In this document: one piece after another, positions 21,703 to 33,743 of the stretch | Numbering within the stretch: the stretch's first letter is position 1 | How the letters are laid out: every line of letters starts with the position of its first letter | From: Halobacteriota archaeon | Lineage (GTDB): Archaea; Halobacteriota; Syntropharchaeia; DAOWMC01 | Length of the DNA: 53,574 nt | NCBI GenBank assembly: GCA_034190245.1 | Contig: JAXHTJ010000003.1 | Location: 1-53,574 of the forward strand | Direction: 5' to 3' | Made by a program: the position numbers and the translations under genes | The notes under the pieces: model-generated | Told to the model about the DNA's origin: nothing | Database searches by the model: none | What the model saw: only the letters and a program-made list of their open reading frames with translations

Positions 21703-23250
21703 ATGAGTTTTATTTCAAAGAAGTTTTTGTTAGTACTTTTGACTCTACTGGTCTTCTCGATGATATCACCAGTAGCAGCAGGAACAACATGGTTTGTAGA
21801 TGATGATAGTGGGTCGGATTTCACGACTATACAAGATGCAGTTAATGCATCAAGTCCAGGAGATACGATCATCGTAAGAGATGGAACATACAACGAGAAT
21901 GTGGATGTGGGCAAGAGTATAACACTCAAGTCTGAAAATGGGGCAGCTTCGACAACTGTTGTTGCATCTAATCCAGATGATCATGTCTTCGAGGTGACTG
22001 CAGATTATGTGAATATTAGTGGGTTTACGGTGAGAGGACCAACGTTAGGTGCAGGTGTATTCCTTACTACAGTTGAAAACTGCAATATTTCCAATATCGA
22101 CGCAACTAACAACAACGTCGGAATCGCGCTGTTTTCTTCAAGCGACAACACACTTACGGGCAACATGATGTTTGACAATAACTATACCCTTTTTGTTCAT
22201 GGTTTTAGTCTTCCCAATTTTATAAACAAGATAGACACAACAAATAAAGTAGATGGAAAACCGGTTTATTATTGGGTCGATAGGCACGATCAGAAGATAC
22301 CAGACGATGCTGGGTATGTGGGGGTTGTAAATTCCACAAACATAACGGTGGAGGATCTAACATTAGAGGGCAATGGTCAAGGCATTCTGTTTGCATATAC
22401 AAGTAATTCAAAGATAGTGAATGTGAATGTATCGAACAACTTCAACGGCATCGACCTGGCTTCTTCGAGCAACAATATTCTCACTAATAACAATGCATCG
22501 GACAACGAGGGCGGCTTCACCCTGATTTCTTCGAGCAACAACACACTTACGGGCAACACCGCTTCGAACAAAAGGGTTGGAATCGGCCTGGCATATTCAA
22601 GTAACAACACACTTATGGGTAACACTTTAAATTCGAACTACCAGAGCGGCATTGTCTTGTATATTTCAAGCTACAACACACTTACGGGAAACAATGCGGA
22701 AGGCAACGGGATCGGCATCACCTTGGAAAATTTGAGCAACTATAACACACTTACGAGCAACAACGCATCTGGCAACAACCACGGAATCTGGCTACATTCT
22801 TCAAGCGACAACAAACTCACGAACAACACCGCGTCGAGCAACTTATTTGGTATCTACCTGGTGGAACGTTCGAGCGACAACCTCATCTATAACAATTACT
22901 TCGACAACACAAATAACGCCGAGGATGATGGAAACAACATCTGGAACATCACAAAAACACTTGGAACAAACATTATCGGTGGACCATACCTTGGTGGAAA
23001 CTACTGGTCTGATTATGCTGGTGTTGATAATGACACAGATGGCCTGGGGGATACTTTGCTCCCATACAACTCTTCAGGAAATATCATAACTGGTGGGGAC
23101 TATCATCCATTGGTAGAGGTTTTAACACCCACACCAACACCGACAATTCCGCCAGATGAAGAGATACCGGAATTCCCAACAATAGCAATCCCCGCAGCAA
23201 TGATACTTGGTCTTGTATTCATCATGCAGAGAAGAAGAAAGAACGAGTGA
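21703..23250 (+). CDS. NosD/right-handed beta-helix surface protein with PEF-CTERM sorting signal (paralog 2)
   Basis: SD GAGGTGA then ATG 21703; signal peptide, DFTTIQDAVNA, extra NKVDGKPVYYW module, beta-helix repeats, C-tail identical to paralog 1 apart from TP number. Confidence 0.92.
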   Translation: MSFISKKFLLVLLTLLVFSMISPVAAGTTWFVDDDSGSDFTTIQDAVNASSPGDTIIVRDGTYNENVDVGKSITLKSENGAASTTVVASNPDDHVFEVTADYVNISGFTVRGPTLGAGVFLTTVENCNISNIDATNNNVGIALFSSSDNTLTGNMMFDNNYTLFVHGFSLPNFINKIDTTNKVDGKPVYYWVDRHDQKIPDDAGYVGVVNSTNITVEDLTLEGNGQGILFAYTSNSKIVNVNVSNNFNGIDLASSSNNILTNNNASDNEGGFTLISSSNNTLTGNTASNKRVGIGLAYSSNNTLMGNTLNSNYQSGIVLYISSYNTLTGNNAEGNGIGITLENLSNYNTLTSNNASGNNHGIWLHSSSDNKLTNNTASSNLFGIYLVERSSDNLIYNNYFDNTNNAEDDGNNIWNITKTLGTNIIGGPYLGGNYWSDYAGVDNDTDGLGDTLLPYNSSGNIITGGDYHPLVEVLTPTPTPTIPPDEEIPEFPTIAIPAAMILGLVFIMQRRRKNE

Positions 23251-23261
23251 AAAGTTATGCT

Positions 23262-23300
23262 GGAAGATAGAGATTCTATCTTCCGTATCTATCTTTTTTT
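23262..23300 (+). terminator. Hairpin + T-tract terminator after NosD-PEF gene 2
   Basis: Identical to 21414-21452. Confidence 0.65.
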
Positions 23301-23342
23301 AAAAAATACACCAGAATAACGACTGACTCCGACACAGCATAA

Positions 23343-23996
23343 TCACACAACAGAAATAGACCTCAAGCAATAATTAAGACTCTCCTGGATCTTCTCTCTT
23401 CCAACCAGAATGCCCATATGCCCCGGTAGCAGATATTCAACATCCATCTTTGAGATCTTTAATAAAGACTCTCTCAACTGATTCAGATCGCCTCCGTAAA
23501 GATCCCACCTCCCCATGCTGTAGGCAAATGCAGTATCGCCCGAGATCAGGACTTTGCTATCCTCGTCGTATAAACAGACGCTACCCTTTGAGTGGCCGGG
23601 TGTATGGATGACCTTGAGAGCAATGTCTCCCAGATCGAGTGTATCACCCAGGAACTGATCGACTTTCGTCTTCTTAAGTCCAGGAATCGGCATTGATATC
23701 GGAAGTATACTCATCCTGTCAAGAGACCTGGCATCATCTTCGTGCATCATAACTGTGGCACCAGACGACTTTACTATCTTTGAATTTCCGCCGGTGTGAT
23801 CGGGGTGGCCGTGCGTATTCACGATGTATTTGATATCTCCGGGATCAAAACCATCATCTCTAATCTCTTTGAGTAGCCCACCCATGTTTAATCCGATACC
23901 GGGATCAACTATCGTGAGAAAGTCTGCGCCGATCAGATATGCGTTGCTGCTTATCGAACCTCCTTCATACAGATAATACCCATCTGTGACTTTCAT
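23343..23996 (-). CDS. MBL-fold metallo-hydrolase (glyoxalase II-like)
   Basis: THGHPDH, HTPGHS, SGD, PGH; SD GAGGTG before ATG 23996. Confidence 0.9.
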   Translation of the reverse strand: MKVTDGYYLYEGGSISSNAYLIGADFLTIVDPGIGLNMGGLLKEIRDDGFDPGDIKYIVNTHGHPDHTGGNSKIVKSSGATVMMHEDDARSLDRMSILPISMPIPGLKKTKVDQFLGDTLDLGDIALKVIHTPGHSKGSVCLYDEDSKVLISGDTAFAYSMGRWDLYGGDLNQLRESLLKISKMDVEYLLPGHMGILVGREKIQESLNYCLRSISVV

Positions 23997-24114
23997 CAGG
24001 CACCTCGCTCCAATTGCTTCAATTGCTCCAATTTTTAGTTTATTAAGAGAAGTCATATATCTTTTTGTTTGAAGACCAAACACCGTTAAAACCGATAGAT
24101 ATAAGTTCAATTGA

Positions 24115-26098
<1,984 letters not shown>

Positions 26099-26102
<4 letters not shown>

Positions 26103-26689
26103 TATCGCTTATTAGAGGAAATCTGGAACTGAAAACCGAGGAATTTATCATTGTGGACGTAAGTGGAATCGGATTTCAGTTGAATATCCCCCTATCTACA
26201 TATGCCTGCTTGCCCGATCTCGGGGAAGAGGTGAAGCTCTACACCCACTTGCAGATGAGGGAAGACTCAATAAAGCTTTATGGTTTTTCTAGTATGAAGG
26301 AGAGGGAGCTATTTGAGCTTCTGATCAACATATCCGGAGTCGGACCCAAGATAGCGTTAGCGGTCCTTTCCGATATATCTGCAACCGAGCTTCAGAAAGC
26401 CATTGGTCAGGAGGACCTTGTAAAGTTGACGGGCATTAGCGGGATTGGCAAAAAGACCGCACAGAGACTGATTCTGGAGCTGAAGGAGAAGATAGGGGTT
26501 CTGGGAATTGAGGCAGAAGAGGTTGCTGGTGCCATGGGCAATGAACTCTTGAATGATGCTGTTTCTGCTTTGATATCACTGGGTTACGGCCAGAATGAAG
26601 CAAAAAAGAGTGTGAGTAAAGCGTCAGAATCTTTAAAAGGTGACTATACTTTAGAAGATCTTGTAAAGAAGACCCTTACATTCCTTTGA
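26099..26689 (+). CDS. ruvA: Holliday junction branch-migration DNA-binding protein RuvA
   Basis: MISLIRG..VDVSGIGF, LYTHLQMRED..LYGF, ISGVGPKIAL, GIGKKTAQRLILELKEK, DAVSALISLGY. Confidence 0.95.
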
Positions 26690-26764
26690 TTCCTGCGGGT
26701 TCTTTATCTGTTTTTGATGAGTTGGAAGGAAAAGATTATTAGTTTTTAAGAGGATTTATCTGCG

Positions 26765-27841
26765 ATGGATACGGAAAGTAAGATTGAGCTAGCAGCAAGA
26801 CCACCCACAAGGGAGATTGTGACATATGATGATCTGAGAAATCTCTTTGAGACAGAAGAGCACCCAAAGCATTACATCGGTTATGAGGTCTCAGGTATGA
26901 TTCATCTCGGTTCCGGGTATATGGCTGCCCGAAAGATCAAAGATCTTCTGAAGGCCGGTGTTAAGCCGACCATCTTCTTTGCGGATTATCACGCATGGAT
27001 AAACGGGAAGTTGGGTGGAGATCTGGACCTGATAAGAAACGTTGCAAAGAGGTACTACCAGAAGGCATTTGAATCTCTTGGGCTCTCGGATGTTGATTAT
27101 GTCTTTGCATCCGACCTTTACGAGGATCTGAATTACTGGACAGAGGCCATAAATATCGCAAACAATGTCACCATAAAAAGAGTGATGAGGACTCTTGCCA
27201 TAATGGGGAGAAGAGAGGCAGAGGTGAATCAAGTTTCTCAACTCATGTACACCCCGATGCAGGTTGCAGACATCTTCCATATGGACGTTCAGATTGCCCA
27301 TTCTGGAATGGATCAGAGAAAGGCGCACATGGTGGCAAGAGAAGTGGCCCCGAAGATAGAGAGGGAGAAACCGGTGGCACTACATCATGGCCTTCTGATG
27401 GGGCTCACATCTCCAAGAAGGGCCGGTTATGAGGAGGATGAGCTCCTGGATCTTGAGATCTCCTCGAAGATGAGTAAATCTTTACCCAATACCTGTATAT
27501 TCATCCACGACTCCCCTGATACAATCAGAGAGAAGATGAAGAAGGCTCACTGCCCTCCAAAAGAGATAGTGAACAATCCGGTTCTGGAACACTGCAAATA
27601 CGTAGTCTTCAATGAGATGGACACGCTGGAGATAGAAAGAGACGCGAAGTATGGCGGAGATCTGAATATCAAGAGTTTTGAGGAGCTTGAGAAGATCTAC
27701 CAGAGTGGCGAGTTGCATCCCCTCGATTTGAAGAACGCAACTGCAAAGTGCTTGATCGAGATATTAGAGCCATCAAGAGCCTACTTTGAGTCCCATCCCG
27801 AAGTACTGGATGTATTCAAAGAAGTGCAGATTTCAAGGTAA
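26765..27841 (+). CDS. tyrS: Tyrosine--tRNA ligase (archaeal type)
   Basis: YIGYEVSG.IHLG, ADYHAWIN, YTPMQVADI, GMDQRKAH, KMSKS, LHPLDLK. Confidence 0.93.
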   Translation: MDTESKIELAARPPTREIVTYDDLRNLFETEEHPKHYIGYEVSGMIHLGSGYMAARKIKDLLKAGVKPTIFFADYHAWINGKLGGDLDLIRNVAKRYYQKAFESLGLSDVDYVFASDLYEDLNYWTEAINIANNVTIKRVMRTLAIMGRREAEVNQVSQLMYTPMQVADIFHMDVQIAHSGMDQRKAHMVAREVAPKIEREKPVALHHGLLMGLTSPRRAGYEEDELLDLEISSKMSKSLPNTCIFIHDSPDTIREKMKKAHCPPKEIVNNPVLEHCKYVVFNEMDTLEIERDAKYGGDLNIKSFEELEKIYQSGELHPLDLKNATAKCLIEILEPSRAYFESHPEVLDVFKEVQISR

Positions 27842-27906
27842 TTTTTAAACAAACATAATATATAGGTGCAATGCGAATATAGTTGCGTGAAATTCGAGGT
27901 GTTTGT

Positions 27907-28206
27907 CTGGTAAACAATCAAGATAATGAAACTGAAATAATGCGTGTACGTCAGCCGAATAAAAGGGCTGGTGAGATCCTGGGAACTGTAGACACCATGC
28001 TCGGCGCCAATCATCTCAAAGTCAGATGTCTGGATGGAAAGGTCAGGACGGCAAGAATCCCGGGGAAGATGAAGAAGAGAGTATGGATTCGAGAAGGTGA
28101 TGTTGTTATTGTTGTGCCTTGGGAGTTTCAGGACGAAAAGGCTGATGTCAAATGGAGGTATACAAGGCCACAGGTGGCCTGGTTAGAGCGTAAAGGATTT
28201 TTGTGA
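27907..28206 (+). CDS. eif1a: Translation initiation factor aIF-1A
   Basis: [32 protein letters not shown]; start uncertain (TTG 27883, CTG 27907 after SD, or ATG 27940). Confidence 0.93.
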   Translation: MVNNQDNETEIMRVRQPNKRAGEILGTVDTMLGANHLKVRCLDGKVRTARIPGKMKKRVWIREGDVVIVVPWEFQDEKADVKWRYTRPQVAWLERKGFL

Positions 28207-28213
28207 TGATAGT

Positions 28214-28981
28214 ATGGATGATAAGAAGATCCGAGATATGGAGGGGCGGATCGAGGGGTTCCGGATAAGGTCTAAAGATTCTGATGATTACAAAGTTAAG
28301 GATGATGTATTCGATGAAGTGACTTTAAAGACGCTCTACAAAATTGCAAAAAAGGGGATAATTAGTGCGATGGGCGGGCCTATAAGCACGGGAAAAGAGG
28401 CCAATGTCTTCCACGCTATCGGTGAAGGGGATGAAGAGATCGCCATAAAGATCTATAGAATAACCACGTCTGATTTTAGAGCGATGCAGGACTATCTGAT
28501 CGGTGACCCAAGATTCAGCAATGTCAAAAATGAAAAGAAGAATATAGTATTTGCCTGGACGAAGAAAGAGTTTAGAAACCTGAAACGATCGCATGATGTG
28601 GGAGTTCGTGTTCCTGAACCGATATCCTCGGAGAGGAATATCCTTGTTATGAGATTCATAGGGGAGGATGGAGTTGCCGCTCCAAGGCTTAAAGATGTTG
28701 GATCTCATCTCGATAATGCAGATGAAATCTTTGAGAACGTCGTGGATTATACGGCGGATCTCTATACAAAGGCCGACCTGGTTCACAGCGATCTGAGTGA
28801 ATTCAATATTTTGTATGACGATGGTCCAGTTTTAATCGATATGGGCCAGGCTGTTACCCTCGATCACCCGAGAGCAGGGGAGTTCCTTGAGAGGGATGTT
28901 AAAAATGTTGTAAGATACTTCAAAAAACTTGGTGTCAGATGCGACGAATACGATGTGATGGAGAGGGTGAAGGGCCATTGA
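28214..28981 (+). CDS. rio1: RIO1 serine/threonine kinase
   Basis: STGKEANV, AIKIY, LVHSDLSEFNIL, IDMGQ; downstream of aIF-1A. Confidence 0.95.
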   Translation: MDDKKIRDMEGRIEGFRIRSKDSDDYKVKDDVFDEVTLKTLYKIAKKGIISAMGGPISTGKEANVFHAIGEGDEEIAIKIYRITTSDFRAMQDYLIGDPRFSNVKNEKKNIVFAWTKKEFRNLKRSHDVGVRVPEPISSERNILVMRFIGEDGVAAPRLKDVGSHLDNADEIFENVVDYTADLYTKADLVHSDLSEFNILYDDGPVLIDMGQAVTLDHPRAGEFLERDVKNVVRYFKKLGVRCDEYDVMERVKGH

Positions 28982-29000
28982 ATCTATTGATCAAAATTGA

Positions 29001-29816
29001 TCACACGGTTGCAATGACCTCTGTCTCCTTATAATACAAGACTACATCGAAAGCATCCGGATTGGCGTTGTTACCCTCTATTAAAATACTTACGGGATTT
29101 ATATCTTGACCTGATATCGTATAGGTCACTCCCGCACCATCAAGCATCTCTTCAAAGTAATCGTGCCAACCCCTGTAGAAAGTACTCTCTATTGTAAAAG
29201 ATACATTCGTCATCTGAAGGCCACCCTTAAATACATCGCCAGGTCCGAAAGAGACATTTCCACGTCTGAAGGCAATCTGCGCAAGGCCAGAACCACCCAC
29301 GGACTTATTGGTACCGTTTAACACGATAGAGTGTATGTGCACATGTGTAACATCTTCTTCATCCAAGATGATATACATCCTTGGGTCTTCTACAACCTGC
29401 GAATACTCCTGGTAAGGATACTTCAGAAAAACCGCACCGTTCTCATATGCAACAATACTCCCCCCGATATTATATTCTATGTACCCTGTGCCATTTACCA
29501 CTCTTGCGGGACGGACGTATAAGTAACCTTCACTCATTATTATCTTGGTCATCCTCCCTGCCCCCGTGGTATTGGGTCCCTGCGCAACCTGCTTGATGTC
29601 CGATTGGAGGACACCGAATACATTGACGATATTCCCCACATTGGCCACCTCCCTTGCTTCCTCAATTCTCGGCAACCCCGCTGCATAGATAACGGCTATT
29701 GTGCTTGTTACAATAACAATCAACAACATCATTGCAATTAAAGGAGATACCGCATCAGTCGACCTTAAAAAAGATTTTAAATCTAAACATCCATCGTCTT
29801 CAGAGGAATTAGCCAT
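29001..29816 (-). CDS. Archaeal type IV pilin-like protein (class III signal peptide)
   Basis: FLRSTDA/VSPLIAMMLLIVIV hydrophobic N-helix; YENGAVF segment. Confidence 0.7.
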   Translation of the reverse strand: MANSSEDDGCLDLKSFLRSTDAVSPLIAMMLLIVIVTSTIAVIYAAGLPRIEEAREVANVGNIVNVFGVLQSDIKQVAQGPNTTGAGRMTKIIMSEGYLYVRPARVVNGTGYIEYNIGGSIVAYENGAVFLKYPYQEYSQVVEDPRMYIILDEEDVTHVHIHSIVLNGTNKSVGGSGLAQIAFRRGNVSFGPGDVFKGGLQMTNVSFTIESTFYRGWHDYFEEMLDGAGVTYTISGQDINPVSILIEGNNANPDAFDVVLYYKETEVIATV

Positions 29817-30037
29817 TACCCATACCCCAGCTTTTACTTATTGTTTATCAATATTAGATGTTTCTATGCATCTTATCTTTAATGACTTCCCGTCATCCAT
29901 CAAATATCTATTCCAAATCCTTATTTTTGAGCAATTGCAGAGGCAGAATCACTCTATTGCGGGAAATAAGTTCACTCAGATTAGATCTATGAATCTACCA
30001 CAAGGTTTATCTATCGTTGTAAAGTCTAACTTCACTT

Positions 30038-30841
30038 ATGTTTCATGAGAAGTTTCTCAAGGTTGTTGATACTAATATATCCTATATTTCGGAAGGTGGA
30101 GGAGAAGTGATATTATTCATCCATGGCCTAAGTGGATGCAAGGAGGAGTGGGAGTTCTCCATACCCTTTTTTGCGGATAATTTCAATGCAGTTGCGATAG
30201 ATCTTCCCGGTTCCGGACATTCGGATAAGCCTGATGCAGATTACACGATGGACTTCTATTGCGATGCCATTAAAGGCTTCCTTGATGCGATGGGGATTGA
30301 AAAGACGGTACTTGTCGGTAACTCAATGGGTGGGCTGATAGTTCAGTTCTTCACACTGAAGTATCCAGAAAATGTAAATAAATTGATCCTTGTGGATGCA
30401 GCCACTATCAATTCCTCAGAAGTTAGGAGCCCATTCACCCTAAACTCGGAGGCCATTCAAGAGCAGAAGGGATTCTCACCTTCTATGATAAAGATGATGA
30501 AGAGGATGCTCTTTTATAAGCCCTCGGAGGCCACAGATAAGCTCATCGAGAGGGCGATATCAGATATAAAGAGGGAGGATCATCCGGCCGCCTTTAAGGC
30601 CATTCTATCCAGTGCTGCAAATTTGATAAATGCCGATCTGGGCGAAAGAGTAGGTGATATCAGCCCCCCTACTTTGATCGTATGGGGTGAGAATGACAGG
30701 CTCATGTGTCCAAAAGTTGCCAGAGGGTTATGCGAAAAGATTAGTGGATCAGAACTGGTGATCATAGACGAGTGTGGCCATGTCCCCATGCTTGAAAGAC
30801 CAGACGAGTTCAATAAAGCTGTGCTCGATTTCATAAATTAG
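30038..30841 (+). CDS. Alpha/beta-fold hydrolase
   Basis: FIHG, DLPGSG.S, GNSMG nucleophile elbow, WGEND, GHVP. Confidence 0.92.
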   Translation: MFHEKFLKVVDTNISYISEGGGEVILFIHGLSGCKEEWEFSIPFFADNFNAVAIDLPGSGHSDKPDADYTMDFYCDAIKGFLDAMGIEKTVLVGNSMGGLIVQFFTLKYPENVNKLILVDAATINSSEVRSPFTLNSEAIQEQKGFSPSMIKMMKRMLFYKPSEATDKLIERAISDIKREDHPAAFKAILSSAANLINADLGERVGDISPPTLIVWGENDRLMCPKVARGLCEKISGSELVIIDECGHVPMLERPDEFNKAVLDFIN

Positions 30842-31611
30842 GGATGGTCAGTCTTCTCTTTCCCATCTTCCTTGAGCACCCTGTACAATCGCCCAACATT
30901 CATCCGTTGCAATGCTTTTCTGAAACCTTCAATTCCAACATCCATGGGATAGTGATCAATGGACGATAGCTTCCCTGCCGCTTCTTTTTCGCTTAAACCA
31001 TCGTCAATAGCTTTCCTTATCGCATCTATCCACTCACTGATAAGTGCCGCCTGCTCTTTTATATAGCTCCTGTCACAGACCTCGCCATGTCCTGGGATCA
31101 GTATATCAGCATTTATCTCACTCATCTTTTCAAGTGATTCCAACCATTTGAAGGGGAGGGCTTCCTGTAAGAAGGTCTGCACCTGGTAGAATATATTGTC
31201 TCCCGTGAACAAAACCTTCTCTTGTGGTATGTATACGGCTATCTCACTCGGTGTGTGACCGGGCAGGTGCATGAGCTCAAATGTGTGTTCTCCCGAATAT
31301 AGGCACATCTTATGAGAAAAGGTAATCTCTGGAAGTCTGAATTTCTGCCCCTTTAGTGCATCTCTTGTTCCCTGATGTGAGACTATTGTACCCGGGAAAA
31401 GGTGGTTGCTTGAGACGTGATCAAGGTGATACTCGGTGTTGATTATGAAGCGCACTTCACCCCTTGATTCTATCTCTTCTTTAAATATTGCCGCATCTGA
31501 AGACTTCTGGGGCGTATCGATCATCACCACCCCTTCAGACGTCGTCACAAAACCCGGATTGCAGCCTTGAAACCCCGTTTCTACATAAATATTTTCAGAG
31601 ACCTTCTTCAT
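30838..31611 (-). CDS. MBL-fold metallo-hydrolase (cyclase-like, EYHLDH variant)
   Basis: IDTP, TEYHLDH, PGHT, FTGD, IPGHG; start MKKVSEN. Confidence 0.85.
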   Translation of the reverse strand: MKKVSENIYVETGFQGCNPGFVTTSEGVVMIDTPQKSSDAAIFKEEIESRGEVRFIINTEYHLDHVSSNHLFPGTIVSHQGTRDALKGQKFRLPEITFSHKMCLYSGEHTFELMHLPGHTPSEIAVYIPQEKVLFTGDNIFYQVQTFLQEALPFKWLESLEKMSEINADILIPGHGEVCDRSYIKEQAALISEWIDAIRKAIDDGLSEKEAAGKLSSIDHYPMDVGIEGFRKALQRMNVGRLYRVLKEDGKEKTDHP

Positions 31612-31820
31612 ATTAATCCCCTCTAAATGATACGATAAAAGATCTGTTATTCGAAAATTAAGTTTTTCGATCAATATAAATTTAAAAGGATTTACAGCTC
31701 CACAAAGGCTGAATTTAGGTGAATAACATTTATACAAAACGGGCGTGGCCTAAGTAAAGTCTGCAAACCCTATGTCCCTTTCTCTCTCAGGAGATATATT
31801 AAACTTTTGAAATTGGATTT

Positions 31821-32492
31821 TCACCTTTCATTGTAGCTATTTATTCGTCTCAAAAAACCGCTGTATGCCTGGTATAAATAGGTATGTAGTGGAGTTTTAC
31901 TCCCTTCAAAAGTTGAACGCCCCTCCCTTATACCTTCAAGAACGGAAGTAACATCTCTATCAACATCTACCTTTGTGACTCCAAATCCGACGGCTTCTGC
32001 CACGTGCGCATCACTTCCGGCAACAACAGGGTAACACAATCTCTTTGCATATCTCTCTGCACTCTTATTTGAAAGCCCTGTGATGTACCTGGAGTTGAAT
32101 ACTTCTATTGCATCAACAGCCAGTCCGTTAACATCACCCACTCCGTGTCTGAACGGATGGAAAGGGTGCGGTACAATGATCAGCCCCCCCAGCTCACTTG
32201 CCTTCTCTATCGTCTCCTCAAGAGAGAGTTTTCTTGGTATCTTCTCCCTTATACCAAGCACCAAAATATGGCCTTTCGATGTTGTAACTTCTATTCCTGG
32301 GATTATCATGAGATCAACCCCATTCTCTTCAACGTATCTTTCAGCAGCATTAACACCTTCTATACTGTCATGATCGGTGATAGCAATTCCATCCAATCCT
32401 GCTTCTTTCGCTCTCTTTACAATATCTTCGATGCTGCTATGGGAATCTATCGAGAAACAGGAATGAATGTGAAGGTCAAATCTCAGTAGCAT
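31821..32492 (-). CDS. PHP-domain metal-dependent phosphoesterase
   Basis: DLHIHS, ITDHD, GIEV, PHPF, GSDAH. Confidence 0.92.
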   Translation of the reverse strand: MLLRFDLHIHSCFSIDSHSSIEDIVKRAKEAGLDGIAITDHDSIEGVNAAERYVEENGVDLMIIPGIEVTTSKGHILVLGIREKIPRKLSLEETIEKASELGGLIIVPHPFHPFRHGVGDVNGLAVDAIEVFNSRYITGLSNKSAERYAKRLCYPVVAGSDAHVAEAVGFGVTKVDVDRDVTSVLEGIREGRSTFEGSKTPLHTYLYQAYSGFLRRINSYNER

Positions 32493-32553
32493 CGTATTCT
32501 ATTAGTTAGACTTAAGTCATTAAAAGCATTTTTAAATATGAAAGGTGGCGCAA

Positions 32554-32964
32554 ATGAACTGGATTATATATGCTCTAATTGCTTTTTTTGCATGGGGATT
32601 TGCCAATCTGGGCTTCAAATATATATCGGAGAAGGACCCTTTTGTTATGACTCTTTTTATGTACGTTTCTGCAACAGTTATGCTTATTTCATACACCCTT
32701 ATTTCATTTACCGAGAGGGATTTCAGTCTGAATAAGTATGCTGCCGTTGCGGCTGTGATGGGTCTCGGATCTATAGTCGGGACTGTAGCCGTGATCAAAG
32801 GAACTGAGATAGCACCAAATCCGGGTTACGTCATAGCAATATTCTCCTCGAGCGTCATCATCGTGACACTGCTCTCACCACTTATTTACGGATCAGAGCT
32901 CAGTCTCCTGAATCTGCTGGGCGTGATGGCAGTGATTATCGGTATAGCACTACTTGCCATATGA
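32554..32964 (+). CDS. EamA/DMT-family small transporter
   Basis: MNWIIYALIAFFAWG..K, five hydrophobic segments. Confidence 0.8.
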   Translation: MNWIIYALIAFFAWGFANLGFKYISEKDPFVMTLFMYVSATVMLISYTLISFTERDFSLNKYAAVAAVMGLGSIVGTVAVIKGTEIAPNPGYVIAIFSSSVIIVTLLSPLIYGSELSLLNLLGVMAVIIGIALLAI

Positions 32965-32986
32965 TTCTCACCTTAAGGGATAAAAA

Positions 32987-33721
32987 ATGTCAAAAAGTGA
33001 TTGTATAGGCCTGATCTCTGATATACATGGAAATCTGGAAGCATTTAAGAAAGTGCTTAAGGAGATTGAGGAGCATGACTGCCCGATATTTTGTCTGGGC
33101 GATGTCGTTGGGTATGGTGCAGACCCAAACGAGGTTATTGAGCTTGTGATAGAGAAGAATATACGTTGTATAATGGGAAATCACGATGCAGCGGCAATTG
33201 GAAAGATGGATACAACATGGTTCAACGAAAGGGCCAGAAGAGCGATAGAATGGACTTCCAACGAGTTGACGAAGAAGGGAAGGAATTTTCTTGAGAGTCT
33301 GAAGAAGGAGATGAGATTTGGTGATGCCTATATGGTTCATGGAAGCCCGATGGATCCGATATCTGAGTACGTGGACAATTCATTTGTCGCCGAAGAATCC
33401 CTCAACTTTGTTGATGATATAATCATTATAGTAGGGCACACTCATGTACCATGTTCATTTTCTGAAAGGGTGGGAAAGATCGAGCTTGAGCGCTACTTGC
33501 ATGGGGGCACTTTTACGATCGATACAAGATCTGTCCTGAATCCCGGCTCCGTCGGTCAGCCGAGGGATGGGAACCCAATGGCAAGTTATGCCATCCTTGA
33601 ATTCTCCAAAAGAGAATTTACAGTCTTCAGGACTTATTATGACATAGGCAAAGCCTCAGAAAAGATTTTAAAGGCAGGAATACCAAAGTCTCTGGCCGAA
33701 AGGTTGTTTATTGGTTTATGA
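32987..33721 (+). CDS. Calcineurin-like metallophosphoesterase
   Basis: SDIHGN, GDVVGYG, GNHD, VHGSP, GHTH, NPGSVGQPRDG. Confidence 0.93.
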   Translation: MSKSDCIGLISDIHGNLEAFKKVLKEIEEHDCPIFCLGDVVGYGADPNEVIELVIEKNIRCIMGNHDAAAIGKMDTTWFNERARRAIEWTSNELTKKGRNFLESLKKEMRFGDAYMVHGSPMDPISEYVDNSFVAEESLNFVDDIIIIVGHTHVPCSFSERVGKIELERYLHGGTFTIDTRSVLNPGSVGQPRDGNPMASYAILEFSKREFTVFRTYYDIGKASEKILKAGIPKSLAERLFIGL

Positions 33722-33743
33722 GGGCTGGTGCTCTCATTTCTCT

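Noticed and set aside
20700-22900. Recurrent ~66-69-bp units (tcaagcgacaacacacttacggg...) as a CRISPR array or DGR repeats
   Set aside because: They are in-frame beta-helix coding repeats with degenerate copies; no unique spacers, cas genes or reverse transcriptase in the window.
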